From Phoronis australis (Eukaryota; Animalia; Phoronida), in NCBI GenBank assembly GCA_002633005.1, contig NMRA01000167.1:96402-159373 (forward strand): 62,972 bases of DNA. Reading direction: 5' to 3'. The position numbers and the translations under genes were made by a program. Each line of letters begins with the position of its first letter. Position 1 is the first letter of the stretch. Below, in pieces: positions 1 through 14,700 of the stretch. Below the pieces are notes generated by a model. It had not been told where the DNA came from. It made no database searches and saw only the letters and a list, made by a program, of their open reading frames with translations.

Positions 1-947
1 CCTTAAATAATCCTAGCATAGTATAGGTTAGCACGTTCACGGTCTATTGCAATCGCCTATCAAAAGAATTCAGACAAAATGACGCGAAATTCTTTGTCAT
101 GCCAGCTACACAGCAGTTGGATTCATCATTGGAGTTGGCACCCCTCAAAAAAGCATTGTGGGTATTCTTTAATTAGAACTGAGCCACCCTCATTGTTATT
201 AACGGTCTTTTTATTGTTGACAGAATTAACCGTCATGATGAGGGAAGCCATCGTCATGACGACGGAAGCCATCGTCAGATCCCTTTTGTATTGTATGTAT
301 ACGAGTAGGCTATTATATAAAGAATACTTCAACCGATTTACAAATTAATTCGGCTTTTAATTGGTTAATTTGAAATGCTCCAAAAGCTTGATGTTCGCCG
401 CAGTGACAAACTGAACCATGACCACATATTCATGATACAGCCAGTAACGTAGTAATTACTTACAGCAAAGTGCTGTTAAGCAGATAATACACTGTCTATT
501 TACGCTGAGGGACGTCACGTGGCATTGTCCTGTCTCCATTTTCCCCGTCGTGATAAACGAACAGTGAATGGAGATGAAAGCATGTTACAGCCGTAATGTC
601 ATACCAATTAATTTCCCCGGCTGAACGCATGAATTGTGGAAAACAAAAAAGACTAATGCTAATAGAAATTCTCTACCTAACAACAGGCCAATGCCAATTA
701 CACAGATAAGAAAAAACCAAGGATCATGTGGGAAAGTAGCATTAGTTGATCTTGAATTAATAATATCTTCACAGTATTCATCTGGAGAAAATTGTAACTA
801 CAGCAATTACTGTAGATGGAGCACAGCACTCCACCTGTTGGTCAACATATGTGTAGCAGTTGATATTATGACGGATCATATTGACAAGTCACAGTATATT
901 CAGCTGAATATCTGCAGCATTTAATTCACTAACATTACATAATTTCT

Positions 948-1392
948 GAAAGTAGAAGGCCTGTAGAATTTGACATTTTGACTTTTTACCAATCTGCCAT
1001 TTACTGGGTCGCATGAGAGTCTTTTAAAACAATACAGGAAAAAAGATAGATACGTTGATAGCAAAACAACGGAACCAACAGCGCGACCAAATTCTTTTTG
1101 ATATAAATCTCCAAGATGAAATCTGAGCAACGCTATTAAAATTATCCAAATTCATTTTCATTTTATGCGACTTTTGAATTATTTTCATAAAGGCTGTAAA
1201 AGTCATCTTTTTGATAGCCCTCATGCAAAACTGGAACAGTTCAAAAACAATCGCCAACAGCACTTTAGAGAGGAGTGTATAAAGCATGATAGTATCTTTA
1301 AGATTCATATGAATCCGATCGGCCACTTCTCAGACATGATATTCCGAAGTTAGCAAAATTCGGAATTTTTCTAGGGTCGTACATAACCTTAA
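948..1392. repeat. Dispersed AT-rich repeat family (other diverged copies at ~7690-7930, ~32610-33050, ~58335-58765)
   Basis: Shared blocks ttgactttttaccaatctgccatt, tttttgata..cctcatgcaaaa, catatgaatc...ttctcaga/gagat, ctagg.tcctac. Confidence 0.7.
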
Positions 1393-2205
1393 GCCCTGTT
1401 CTGCAACAGCTGCATAGTACAACATTTGGACCCTGCCTGCCACTCAGTCTCTGTATGATGTACACGGAAATGAGTATTAGATCAGGGAGTGTTAGAGAAT
1501 GTGACATGGAATGCCAGAGATGTGCCCGTTCTGGGCAATCCCAGGCTGTTGAGAAAGCAACTTAAGTGCCAGGGCTACATACCTGCGTCATCACCAACAA
1601 TTACACTTAGCAAAAGACAGGAAATAGAATGGCCACTAAGCAGTAAAACGTATTAGGCAAGGCATATCATTATGGCAGTCCAATTCAGTGGCAAATGAGT
1701 GTAAGTGAAAATAATTATAACGGTATGTAAAATGATCCAATATAACACAATTCCATAACATGCTTTTCGTCATTTTAAACCTCTTTCTCACTGTTTCACA
1801 ACTGATAACGGCATTTTAGTACTTTACATTGTTTAATTACACTTGTATTAATACTACACTTACTTATACTAAGATCTACACTCACTGCTGTTTATTTCTA
1901 ATAATTTTATGTAAATAGTGAAATGCGCGTGTTGCCGACTACACACGAGTCAGACTTCCTCCGTACCACAACTATCTCAGAGCATTAACACATAAAATTT
2001 AAAATAGCACTGTAACCATAACTCCATGATTTTCGAGCTTTCAAAGGTTTTTAATAGGCACTTCAACCGTATTTCTATGAATTCAGACATCAACACGACT
2101 ATAGGGACCCACAACAAGCGTATACCTATGTGACCTCTCAATAAGCTACAAACTCCATTCATACTTCTGTGATCTCCGAGTTAGAGAATTTATTAACACA
2201 ATCGT

Positions 2206-2632
2206 CAAGATCCTTGAATGTTAGCACTTTACAGACTTAAATCCTATTTCAAGATGAATGCAAATTAACAAGTTACAGACTTAAGTTAAAGCGCATCTTC
2301 AAGATTACTATAATGTTACAAGTTGCATATGTTAACCCTACCACCAAGATCAATGAATATTAAAAAGTTGTAAACTTAGCACTACCTCCAACATCATTGA
2401 ATGTTAAAAAGTTGCATATTTTAACCCTAGCTCCAAGATCAATGACTGTCAACAAGTTGAAAACTTAATCTTACAACCAAGATTATTGAATCCTAACAAG
2501 TTATTGAATTTAACCCCAACTCAGACATATTACTTAATGTTAACAAATTGAAAGCTTAACCCTACAACCAGGATCGCTTAATGTTAACAAGTTATTGACT
2601 TTAACCCCAGCTCCGGGAACACTAAATGTTAA
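2206..2632. repeat. Degenerate ~44-45 bp minisatellite, ~10 copies
   Basis: Recurring ccaagatcaatgaatgttaacaagttg...ttaaccctac units. Confidence 0.8.
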
Positions 2633-2652
2633 TTCAAGACTCAAAAACCTAC

Positions 2653-2796
2653 CTCTGTTATTTCCGCCTGTGCTGCTGGTACTTTGTCACTTTTACCAGA
2701 GAGCTCCAGCTTGGCCTTAGCTTCTCGTTTTTTCGTTAAAGTCTGTTCAGCCTCCTTCCAGTTTTTATAAGACTTCACTCGTTCATGGAAAACGGC
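2653..2796 (-). CDS. SNX2: SNX1/2 exon 10 (BAR domain)
   Basis: [52 protein letters not shown] bounded. Confidence 0.93.
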
Positions 2797-5700
2797 CTAA
2801 ACGGAAAATGTTTCGTAACGAGATCACAATACGATAAACTTATTTCCTGCAGCAACAATTTTTTACTGTCAGACACTGGAAAATTAATCAAATCAGGAAT
2901 GAAGAAACATATTTATGTGTCTGTAGTTTCTATTTTGTTAGCTTGTTGAAAATAATTAGCTTCAATTACATTTTTAAATGTAATTGAAGCTAATTGAAAC
3001 TCATGTGGCCTTAAAAGGCCACATGAGTTTCAATGGCCCTAAATGTTTTATTTTTAACAAATGAATGTTTCAATGAGAATATTCGCATCCATGCCGAGCA
3101 CTGCTCTCCACGTGCGTCCTCAGCACCTTCCTCACACCCCAGTCCCTTTCTCTCTCACACTTATTACTAAAAATTGAACCCAAGGAGACAAGAAACAGTG
3201 CGATGTTCCAGTCGGCCAGCCTACACAAGACTTGGGATCTGGCCCCACAAATGTGAGCGTCAGCATTCCACACGACTGTGCTAAACTATTTTCACAACGC
3301 AGCAAATCATTATTACACTGATCTTCTATTTTTGCTATAGTAAATACTTACAACGCGTTATTATGTCAAAAGACAATTATTTTTGCACTCAAATGGTTTT
3401 TAAATGGAAATCTTATCATTAATTCATTCTTCAACGTATTACCTACTAGGTTTCCTGGACAGTTCTATTCATGTTCTGCCCTGTTGCAGGCAAAAAAGAA
3501 TCGCCAAACTAACAGACAAATGCTAACTTACAGAAGTCTGACCTACTTCACAAAAAGTGTTGTTCAACAAATTTCCCAAACTGTCACAACCATCAGCCCA
3601 GTTCGGACTGTTGTCATTTGCCATTTGTTTCCAAGATGAACGAGTGCCACAAAACAAGTTTATTGAGAAAAAAGCGCCTCACACAAGACCCAAGCAAAAT
3701 CATGCGTTTGAAGCGTCCTCATTTTGTGAGTAATCTCGAAACCTTACTCAATCATGTACACTAACAAAATCAAAATGGCAGCCACTGAAATGGTTGGTCG
3801 GTGAGACTGGAAGGTGAAGTTTCGTGCTACACAAGTTTCGCAAGTGTCTTGCATTTATAGAAAACACAACCCAGGGATCTATTTCATAAAACGTGGCATA
3901 AAACTTAAGACAGGAATCTGGTCTTACGCTTCAACTTCATAAGTGTTGAAAAAGGTTTAGCCGAGTAATTATAGGTCAGTGCACCAAACCTTGAAATAAT
4001 TTTTAGACATCTTGGTAACAGGTATAAATATATATTCTCAGAAATTGCAGTTAACTCCAATGAGATTTATAATATTTTTCAGCAATTGCAATGTAGGAGC
4101 GGAAGACCAAATTTCTGTCTTAAATCTAGAGTTGTAATATTTTCACGAAACTGACTCCAGGTTAAGCATGATGGGAATGAATTGATGTTACGACCACGCT
4201 TACCTTAACAGCATGTATGACGCCGATGTAATCCTTCAGCAGTTCACAGAAGACAAAGAAGTCCGTGTCAGCCTGCTCCTGGTGTATCTGTTCGACCTTC
4301 TCCTCAATCTCGGCCAATTGGGAGAGACAGCGCGAGAGGGCTGTGTGCTCTTCCGCATTGCCCAACATGGCCGCGCTCTTGGCGAATGCTGCTGTGGCCC
4401 CAGCCAAGTCTGTAATGGCGTACAACACGTGAAGTTGAGAGCACGTGACACGAACACGACATGAGTCATTTACTATCATGAATCATAAAATCTAACGAGT
4501 AAGGACACAGTAAGGTGGACAATAGAAATTTTATTCTTTCATTACATCTGATAGATGGTACTTTAATCATTTTAAATTCTCTACCATATGAGTCATCAGA
4601 TGTTATAAGAGAAATTGTGGGCACTAACAACAATGTTGCCGTGGCAAAACAGGTCACCACTATGACTACGCATGACAAAGTGAGTTTTTCTAGATTCAAG
4701 ACACTTCTGTCAAAAATATTTAATAGACAAAGTGCAAATTCCCAGTTACCAAATCGGGCACCTTCTTGAACTATGTTGTGTCTTGGATGTGACATGATTA
4801 TAGATAGATCTCACATGATCATACATTTTTTTACATTTTTTGGTCAATGTTAATGCATCACACGTATAAGAGTACATGCGAAGCATTCTCCTCAGAACAT
4901 ATGGTAATTGACCTATTGCAAGCTCTGCCCCAAACAATAAGTTTTACATACTGTTTGTTGGGTAACGAAGGTGTGTCAAGAATGCTGCATTCTGATTGGT
5001 CAGTTAAGCCGTCACTCAAAGTCCTGGTGATAGGTCAATTCATCACCTACTTGGCAGACACAATATGGCAGCCAAGTGAAATTTTATTGCGTAAAACCTC
5101 GTAACAAAATCAAAATTTAATTTTACCATATATTTTTGGCCTGCATAGCTTCACTCTTTGCAGGAAGGTAGCCCACTTTTGAAACATAGAAAAACGTTAA
5201 TTTCGAGAATCAATTTTTGTCTAAAATAAGTGAAGTATTACGCTAAAGGTTCAGAAAAACACAAGGTGGAACAGTGAAATTTCATTTTAACAAAAATTTA
5301 AAAAAAAATGAATAGAAAATTTTAGTTCATTATTTGCACTGGTCAGCAACAAAAACACCATGAAATTTGAGCATTGTTATCAACACTGTGAGCTTTTGAA
5401 AAATGGATAAAATGACATTTTGTCAATTGTTAAAAGTTCAAAACTGTACTGCATACGGTACATATTTGTGTAACAGTCTTAGAATTCAGAAATCAATGAG
5501 AAAACCTCTTCTGAGTGATCACTGTAAAGTTCATGGTAACGTAGGCAAAAAATCTTGTAGAGAAATATTTAGAATTTTCTGTCTGGAAAGTTTTTACAAT
5601 GACAAACATTAATGTTGCACATATGGACCTGAGTAGAGTGTAATTAGTTAATCAGTGGGATGTCGTCCATATACGACTAAGTAACGAACAGGGAGGTGAT

Positions 5701-8700
5701 GACGAACACTTTAAAAAACATATTTACAAAATTTATTAAACAAACAAATGTTTCGGTCATATCTCAGACAATTATCAGTGCAGTCAGACAGGATCAAAGG
5801 AGACATGACTGAGAGAGAAAAGTTTAGAGTGATCGCAAATCACTGTTAGAATACTGCTGGAATCATAGTCAGAGCTGTAGTTTGATTGACGTGATATAAT
5901 TATTGAGTGACAAGAATTCTTTCGATTCAAGGAAGCGCATGAACTGTTTGACAGGTAAACAGTGGGAGATCCTATAACAAAGGATAATGTGCATTAAAGC
6001 GTTCGTCATCAACTTCCTGTTGACCATTTAGAATTAACGCCACTTATGCAAAGAAACTCGCACCAAGGCAATATGTCATGAAGTTTTTGAGATCTTGCAT
6101 TTTTCGCGAGTGTCTTACGATTTCAAAACTGTTACCTTTTCTATGTCCAACTAAGGACTCCACACTCGTGTGAAGCTTCTTCACTTGCTGATCAAGGTTC
6201 TCGATTTGTTGCTGTTTTTCTTCAAACCACTAAAACACAAATTTGTGGGCATTAAGAAAAACTGTCTCATTCATTGAAGAGTTCAGAGACCTGCGCAGTG
6301 CTAACAAGGTCAAGCTGGAATCGCAACCTTCAAACTGGAATAACTCGACTAGTGGCAACAAATCCTCCGACAGAAGCGAGTAATGAATCCCATCCAGTGT
6401 GTTCTTTAACATGTTGTAACTAGGAATGCTCACTCAGTGACTTAACATAAAGGGTTCCACCACAAAACAAGAACCATAACACTGGGTTCCAAAGATGGCG
6501 CTGCTGCATGGGGCTTTAAGTTACTCGTTTTCAAGCTGCAAAAAGATATGGATAGGTTACGATGACTTCGTCATGTAACATGTTTAAGTAAAGGGTAACT
6601 TCAGGAAAGGCTTTTCCAAAAATCTTGATTTTACCTAAAAATTACAGTGAATTTTTTTCTTACAGTCAACACTGTCATGTGATTGGCAATAACCGTTAAC
6701 ATCATAGTTGGGCTGTACGCTACGCTGGCTTGAAAACAAATAACAACAAGTTTGCCGTCAGAAAATGGAAGCAAAAAATAAGATTAACATCAAACACAAT
6801 TCAAAATAATATCACCAATCATTTCTATCTCAAATCCTTGTCACACTTCTACATACATGGTAACCCCAGTTAACCCTGGGGAATCATGAAATAACACTAA
6901 CAAGCCGTTAGTAACAGGAACACTACTCCAAGGAGATATTATCATTAACTGCAGGGATCGATTTGGCGACCTGTGACCTCAGATTTCATTTGGTGACCTG
7001 TAAAAATTCCTAATCGCCAAAAAGTAACCACGCCACACCTAACCATGCACTCAAAATACTAGCGGAAGTAAATAGGCGGAAGTCAAGACGACCCAAACGT
7101 ATTCATCTGCCTCAGGAAAAGAGCCTGTGTGAAGGATACTGGGCTGAGAGGAAGATACAGGCAGGGGAAAATTGCAGGTGAAACTCTCCTAATTTTCTCC
7201 TCGGGCAAAAAATAAATGCCATCCGGACATTTCCGAGTTCACCGGCTTTTCACGTCAGGCATTTCATTTTTGGCTCATGTCAGAGAGGTTTGGCGACGGG
7301 AATTTTGCTAGGTTGCCTTTGGTGGGTTGACATTATGCTAAGCATTGTACCCTGAACATAATATCATTGCATGCATTTGGGTTAAAAAGATATTATCAGC
7401 TTCAAAACGACAAAAAGTTTCATAAGCAAATTAAGCACAGAAAAAGATTAACAAGAAAACATCATACAAAATAATATCACCAACTGCTTATTATCTCCAA
7501 TTTTTATCAAGTTTCTAAACACACAGTAACCAAACTAAAGCTCTGGCAAATTATGAAAACACAAACAAGTAGTCAGTTACAGAAACACACCTCCGCTGAG
7601 ACATTATCATCAAGTGCAAAATGTATGCATTAGGGTTAAAGAGACTTTATCATTGAAAAAAGTGATTTCCCGAGACTTCCCAAGACATAATGATTCTCGA
7701 TTCATGCAACTTTTGATCTTTTCATAAAAAACGTAAAAATTGGCTATTTTTGACAGCGCCTCACGCAAAAGTAAAAAATTTCAAGAACATTTCCTAAATG
7801 CTGTTTGTGGAACAGTGCAAACAGCATAGCATGTGAGAGTTTCATATGAATCAGATCAGTCATTTGTGAGAAATGATGTTCCAAAATAAGCCAAATTTGG
7901 ACATTTTTCTGAGGTCCTGCATAGCCTCAAACTCAATATTCTTTTGTCTCTCTATGCACCACAAACGAACATTGACACCAACTTCGTGAAATACATTTGG
8001 CCAAGTCCTTTCGTTTGAACAGTCTAATCTGGTCTTGTGTCTTTCTCAGTGACCTCTTACTAGTCACATACAGCACTAATTTGGCTCAGTCACCATCGCC
8101 AGTTTCAAATCAAAACTAATCGAGTTTGTTGTGACAGACATAGCCACAGAAGTAATCAATGAAGTCCGGTCAATTCCTAATGTACTGGTATAAAATTACC
8201 GCGGAAGCTAACTTCCAGATGGTTACCTACAGCGCTGCAAAGAGGCATTGATGACCACCGTAGCCTGTGGTCAGAACAACGGATCTAGTATAACACAGAC
8301 CAGGGAACCAAGCAATCCCGGGGACCGTTTAACCAAAGGTCGTACGCCCGATTGTACAGCGCACACAAAATGTATTCAGAGCAGCCTTCCTTTATGACCC
8401 AGAATGAAGGGAAGTTATTGAGGTCACTGGGTCATTCTGTAATATTAGAATTATCTCACTATAACAGTTATTACCAGTCAAATTTGCCATTGACAAATTA
8501 GCTGTCATTATGAGCATACAGTAGTTTGTCTGATTACTTCGTGTTGTACTATTAGCAGTTCTAGGCACGAGAATGCACACATGACGATGTCAGAATGAAA
8601 CTTAGCGGCTCATTTTAACAGGACGATGATGCGCATTCCTACGCGACGCACAATTTGCAAACCACTGAATACGACTGTCGCTGCTACTACTGGGGACATG

Positions 8701-11700
8701 ACTTTTGACAAATTGGGCCACTGGTGCACAAAAGGCAGGATGGCAATGGAAAGTATGACACATGAACTAAAAGTGCATATTGGTTAAACTTTGGCTTGGT
8801 TTGCTCAAAGGTACGAGCATTATTTTCACTGCTTTCATAGCTGAATGTAATTCAGGTTTCAACTATTAATGAATTCCACCACAAGTTGCCTCATTTCGTG
8901 AACTTTTGATTGCCATCAACATCAGTCTTTAAACGTCAATGATTTTCCAAGTAACAGGGCCGAAGGAAACACCATGCGCAGAAGGCAACATATGAGCAAC
9001 GGAGCATCCTCTACAGCCAGAATAAACAACATTAACATTTCAGCCCAAGCTTGACACCAAGGCTTTAACACAGACCAACTGCAATTCAATCTGTAATGTT
9101 TCACCTGCAGTCAACATGATTACTATATTGTAACTTAATATTCAAAAGTATGAACATGCTGGTTAACGACAGAAACAAGTTCATGAGTACCGTACTTGTT
9201 ACTAAACAAAACAGTACAGCAGTCATGAAGCGCATCACTAGACTAGAAAGTTGATGAAGATAACAAAAAAATTTGTGTGTAATATATCATTGATTCTTAT
9301 ATAACTGTTCAACTGCTAAGCCTGCTTAGTCAGGGTGTGAAACAAATGGCCCTCACATCAGGGTGGAACTTGCATAAAAACCAAGTGTACAACAAGGAAG
9401 TATGATAATCCCATGGAGAGATCATAAACTAACTATTGTAGCGCCTCATGCATGGCATAGTGTCAAACAGGCAGTGTGCTTTAAATATAATACTAAAACT
9501 AAGTTACGTTCTTTGACAAGCGGTCTAATCATCAACGCAACCAAAATGTTACATCACCACTGACAGAAATGAAATCATGAAAACTAGAAAATAAAGGGTA
9601 TACAACACTTCAAAAAATGGCGTAATATGTCAAAACACAATTCCCACAAAATACACCAGGATGAACGTCAGGCGAGGGCAGATGACTATCTGTCAACTGA
9701 AAAACAAACATGTCTACATGGGCTTTCTGAAGAGAAGAGCGGAGTTCCGTAGACACAAGACATTAGCTTGAGCGTGCGGCGAAAAATCACGGAAACAGAA
9801 AATTCAATCCTACAACTCAATATAATAACCTCGCCGGCTAATCAGTGGCCGCCATTTTGCTTACTCGTGGACCCCGCGCTTCTGATTTGTATGATTTTGC
9901 GATGTCTTGTATGTCTTGTGATATTTTGCTTTTCTCACAAGAAACTAGGTCTATGGAATGCTCTACAGATAACCAGTAGTTTTGATGACTGGCTTAGGGA
10001 AAGATGTCCATAGTGTCTAAACATAAACGTCATATACCCCCCATTGGGTGAACCAGCTAAAAATAACCCTGGCTATTAATTAATTGTATCTAGTCTCACA
10101 AATGTCTGTGAAGAAAACAAAATTGATCTTTGGGTCCACAGAAATCCATTGTTCACAAGACAACAAGGGTTCAACTTTCGCCAGAAATATCTAATTCAGA
10201 ACAAAACTGAAGGAAAAATTGTTGCATGCCAGGACAAAACAACAGGTAATGTTACCTGGAAGTCACTGGTCCACTGATCGCATTCAAACGGATGAATAGG
10301 TATGCAGAAATAAGTGTGCAGATACAACAAACCGTATGGAATCTACAATAGGCCACCAAACACTATGTAGGTACAAGATATCACATGGAATATGGAGAAC
10401 TGATTTAAACTAGCAGAATTCTTTGCAAACCAAACAGAATTAGTGCATCATTCAATATCTATAGCACTCTGAACAAGTTTACGATAAGTGGAATTTAGAT
10501 GAGATTTGACAAATTGTACTCGAACAATGCATAAGGGATGCAGACCAGCAGTGTGGGCATGACAGAAAACATGAGAACCACAGTGCTTGCTTGAGGCTGC
10601 GATTTTGCGACAATTAACTTAATCTAAAAAAGACACAGAGCGTTTTCATGGGCGTGTCAACTTGGTTTCAACTTTTGAGAATCAACCAATTCATTTCCCG
10701 GCGATCTAACCATAATTTCCGATGTGTTGTCAGATTCTCTTCACTTTTTCAATGTACACCGTGTGTCCCTCTGTTTTCACAGAAACTGAGAAATTGAATA
10801 GGACCCTAAAATTTTGGAAGGTAAATCTATTAGACCCTAGTGTTCAAACGCTTAGGGCGAACACTGGATCCGCCTAGTGTGAGGACCATTTGATCACCAA
10901 TTGAATATTCAAAGTCTGGCCATGTACTGGATGTCTGAAAATGACACTGCCAACCCCAGCGTTCATCCAGATGTTGTGGTGCCGCCATTATACAAAGTGT
11001 AATGACCTTGACCTTGCTACCATAAGCAGCAAAATCCTTTCATTGAGATAAGGAGAATAGTGATTATTGAAAAAGTTTGTGACTAGTTTAACATTAATAC
11101 GATATCATTCAGAAGAGAGACAGATAATGAATAATAACAACACAAATCTGCAGCAGTGCTTTCAGATATTGTTTTCGACAACACCATCCAGCAGACGCAG
11201 TGATAACTACCAAAGGGACAAAAACCCCGGGCTTGGATAAAAACAACTTTTGATTTAGGCCAGCCACCATTAAAAGATCAGTCTCACCTTGTTCCTTACT
11301 GAGATAAAAAATGATTTCAAGTATTGAGAGGAACTGACAGACCATTATTATTTCAGACCAGGTTCATTAAATAGCTTGTTACGGTGGGTTAGTTTTAGTC
11401 TAGGTGCTACTGGCAGCTAAGACAATTCCAGGAGATTTCAATTCAAAGGATAAGAATGGTGTGATTACGCTTTAGAAGAGTGTACAAGCCAGAGAGAAGA
11501 GTTGATACGTTACAGCAGAGCATGTTTACAGTATGTGGCTTAGAATAGCAAATGGTACAGCGTACAGAAAACGTACACGAGAGAGTCTGTTTGACAAGTC
11601 TTTTGTGATTCAGTGAAGAGTGTGGTGGGGTCTAAAACGGAAGGTTAAGGGTTCAGTCCCTGGCTGCATCCGTTTTATGGTTGTATCCTTGAGTATAATT

Positions 11701-14700
11701 GAAGTAAATAGTAAATGAACACCAGGCATGGCCACCAAGGCCTTTACTGAAGTAGCCTACCATGGAGAGACCATACTGCGACATTAAAAAACTTCTGTCT
11801 ATTGAAGCTCCAGTTAGCAACTGGCCCAATGAACCTCATGGATCACAAAGGACTTCTTGGATTTACTGAAGAATGTAATTTTAATTACCTGATCACTTTC
11901 GTCCATCTTGAAGGTGATCTTGCCAACTGCGTCCGCCGCCTTGTTGAAGAGTCTCATGACACCGGCGCCACTAAGCGCCGATGTGTTAGTGGCCTTGGGA
12001 AGGTCAGAGTCCAGTTCCAAGAATTCCTTGAAGTCAGAATCGACGCGAAGAACGGGATGAGCAGCAGTGCGGTTCAGATACCTTAACAAAAAATAGTGAA
12101 TATATTCTTTATACCCTCTGCGGCGACATGTTTGAAGTCCATTATTTCAGTAATGCTGATTTAAAATCAGTTTCGGCATTTCATGCATTTTGACGTTTCA
12201 ATTAGTTTACAAAGAACAAAAATATCTGATAGCTGAAATTAGTGAGACAGCGTTTAAAGGCATATTGAGTGCAGTTTAAGTAATATGAGTATTACCTTGG
12301 GACACACTCTTTCTCAAAATGGTAGAGTCGAATGTTTATATTTAATTTTGGGATGGTCACAAAAATCAAAATTGTGAAACAAGGCATGTAAATAATTTGA
12401 ATCTTATTTCTATGCATGTACTGATGTTGGAATGGAGCTCACAGGTGTTGTTCTGACTGCTTCAGTCTTATTTTCCCTTAGTTCGAATTGGGCCGTGTTT
12501 GATCAACCAGTGCAGCGCTCAATATAACTTGAAGTTATTCTTCACTTCAACATTGGGCTTAACAGCATGAGCAAGTTGAATTCTCGTCAATATTAGGGGT
12601 TGAAAATGAAAAACAATTATGTCAAGTAATCATGAAACCATAATTATAGCAAAAATTTATCAGTGGAAGTAACCATGAGCAGAGCCTCTTTTACAGAGCA
12701 ATTTTTTTCTATACGGAAAGAAATCTATTTCGTAGGCAGCTCTAAACATTCCTCTAAAACAGCCCCCTTTATATGGCCAGTCTCACCTGCCTAATGCACC
12801 CTTGACCTCTGTGAAGCCCTCCCCCCTTTGACGTGTAATACAAACCCTATTTTACAAAGCAGCCTTCCTCAACAAACCAAGCCAATCTTTCCAACACAAC
12901 CCTGTTCTAAACAAGACCCAAAGTTTGTACCTTAACAACACACCATGCATTGTTTCCACAAATGAAGCCTACCTTTCCAATGCAGCCCTCCTTTTTTCTA
13001 CAAAATCAGCTGATGTCGATTCATCCTTGGCCACTTTAACCTTAGTCATACCTGAGGTGCAAATGTGAGAGGTGTAATATTAACCTCAATGACAGCAGAT
13101 GCGAAAAAATCTAAATCATAGCTTCTATAATTTACCATAAATTAATTTTCCTTGATGTTGTGGAGGCGCCTGGCTTCTTCCACTGGCGATTAATGACTGT
13201 CTGGTTCCCGCGTTGAATGATAATGTTTATCATCTAGTCAATGACATTGTATACACACATTTCTGCAACACTCCTAAGTGAATATTTCACACGATGGCAG
13301 ACTGCACGTCTGAATCAGATGCGAGACCAGCCGCTTAAGACAAGTGTTCACAGGGTCATCCTGTCAAACATCCCACGGCTATAACGTAGAAAATAAATCT
13401 GAAACTAAATAAGGCGATCCAGATCCTCCCAAGGATACTATTGTTTCACGAAATGTAGAATATAATTCGGTAAATAAAACAAGAATGGATCAACTGAAAT
13501 TTGAAATTTTTGGATGTAATAACTTCCTTTGTTTCTGTTGAGTGGTGCGCATGTGTAAGGTGGTGAGACAACCTATGAACATTCAATTTAATCCCAATAT
13601 CAATCGCTGAATGATTGACCTAATTAGACTGGATGTTACGCTGTATCAACACCATGCAAGGCTGCAACGGTAAAAATTCTTCAGTTTGGGACACAATATG
13701 GCGGACAAGAGACATTACCATTTTGTCAAATTTAAAACAAAAATAACTTTTCAGAAAAAAATATTTTATAGCTTTTAGCATGGCTTGTATGGCATAGCTA
13801 CTGCCAAGCAACATTTGGTAAAACTTCGCATGCGAATGAAGCTTGACCTACTGCTACAAAACAACATAATATTCTGACAAAGTTTTTGGTTCGAGATTAA
13901 GAAAACATTACTAAGATGGACAAAAAGCCTCACAGTAAAAACATCCGACTTGAAATATGTGCATGCACGGAGACACACATTGCAACAATGCCTGGAAGTA
14001 TAACTTACCCACAATGCTCTTTTCTGGAGCAGGTGGCACAATGATGCCTGTTGCCTGGTGTTTGGCGGCCAGTTTGTCATGAAGACCGAGGAAGTCACTG
14101 AACCGACGAGTCACGTTCAACTCGGCTTTTTTGAACTCTGGAATGCTGGTCTGTAACAGACCAAAAAATACAACAATGTTTTTATCAAGGCATGTTGACG
14201 TTTTCATTTTTTAAAGCGGAGTTCTCAGTTTAAAAGGCCTTAAAAGTCATAGACATGTCTCTAGCTAATAGAGTTAAGTAATGGAATTTGCCAGTTACGT
14301 GTGAACAAATCATGTTACTTTCTGGAAAATATGGCAACGTCCTTGAAAAATCACGTTTTGGGAAATAAACCGACAATCATGGGATTACGAACACCGGGGC
14401 ATTGCTTTTGTGCACATAACGAGATTCTATGATCACTACAAATAGTTTTATGCACCTACCATTAATACTAAATTTAAAATTAAGTTATTAAATAGTTATA
14501 TCAAATAATTACACGATCCTTGGTAATAAAGGCATTCTATTACCTTAGACTCATAAGCATTACCATTTTTGTTACATAAGCCAAAATCTGATTCAATAGT
14601 CGATGGTGTCTCGCGAGCAACAAGCATCAGTGCACCCTAGTGCCACAAAGTATCATAACTGATCAGGTGACAGTCGCACAGATACACTTACTTACTTCCT

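Noticed and set aside
1-2200. Remaining 3' exons of SNX1/2
   Set aside because: No exon matching the expected C-terminal BAR helix was found; presumed to lie beyond the left edge.
11610-11770. Possible tRNA-derived SINE remnant (similar hints at ~3100-3280 and ~40300-40420)
   Set aside because: Too degenerate to define boxes or boundaries by eye.
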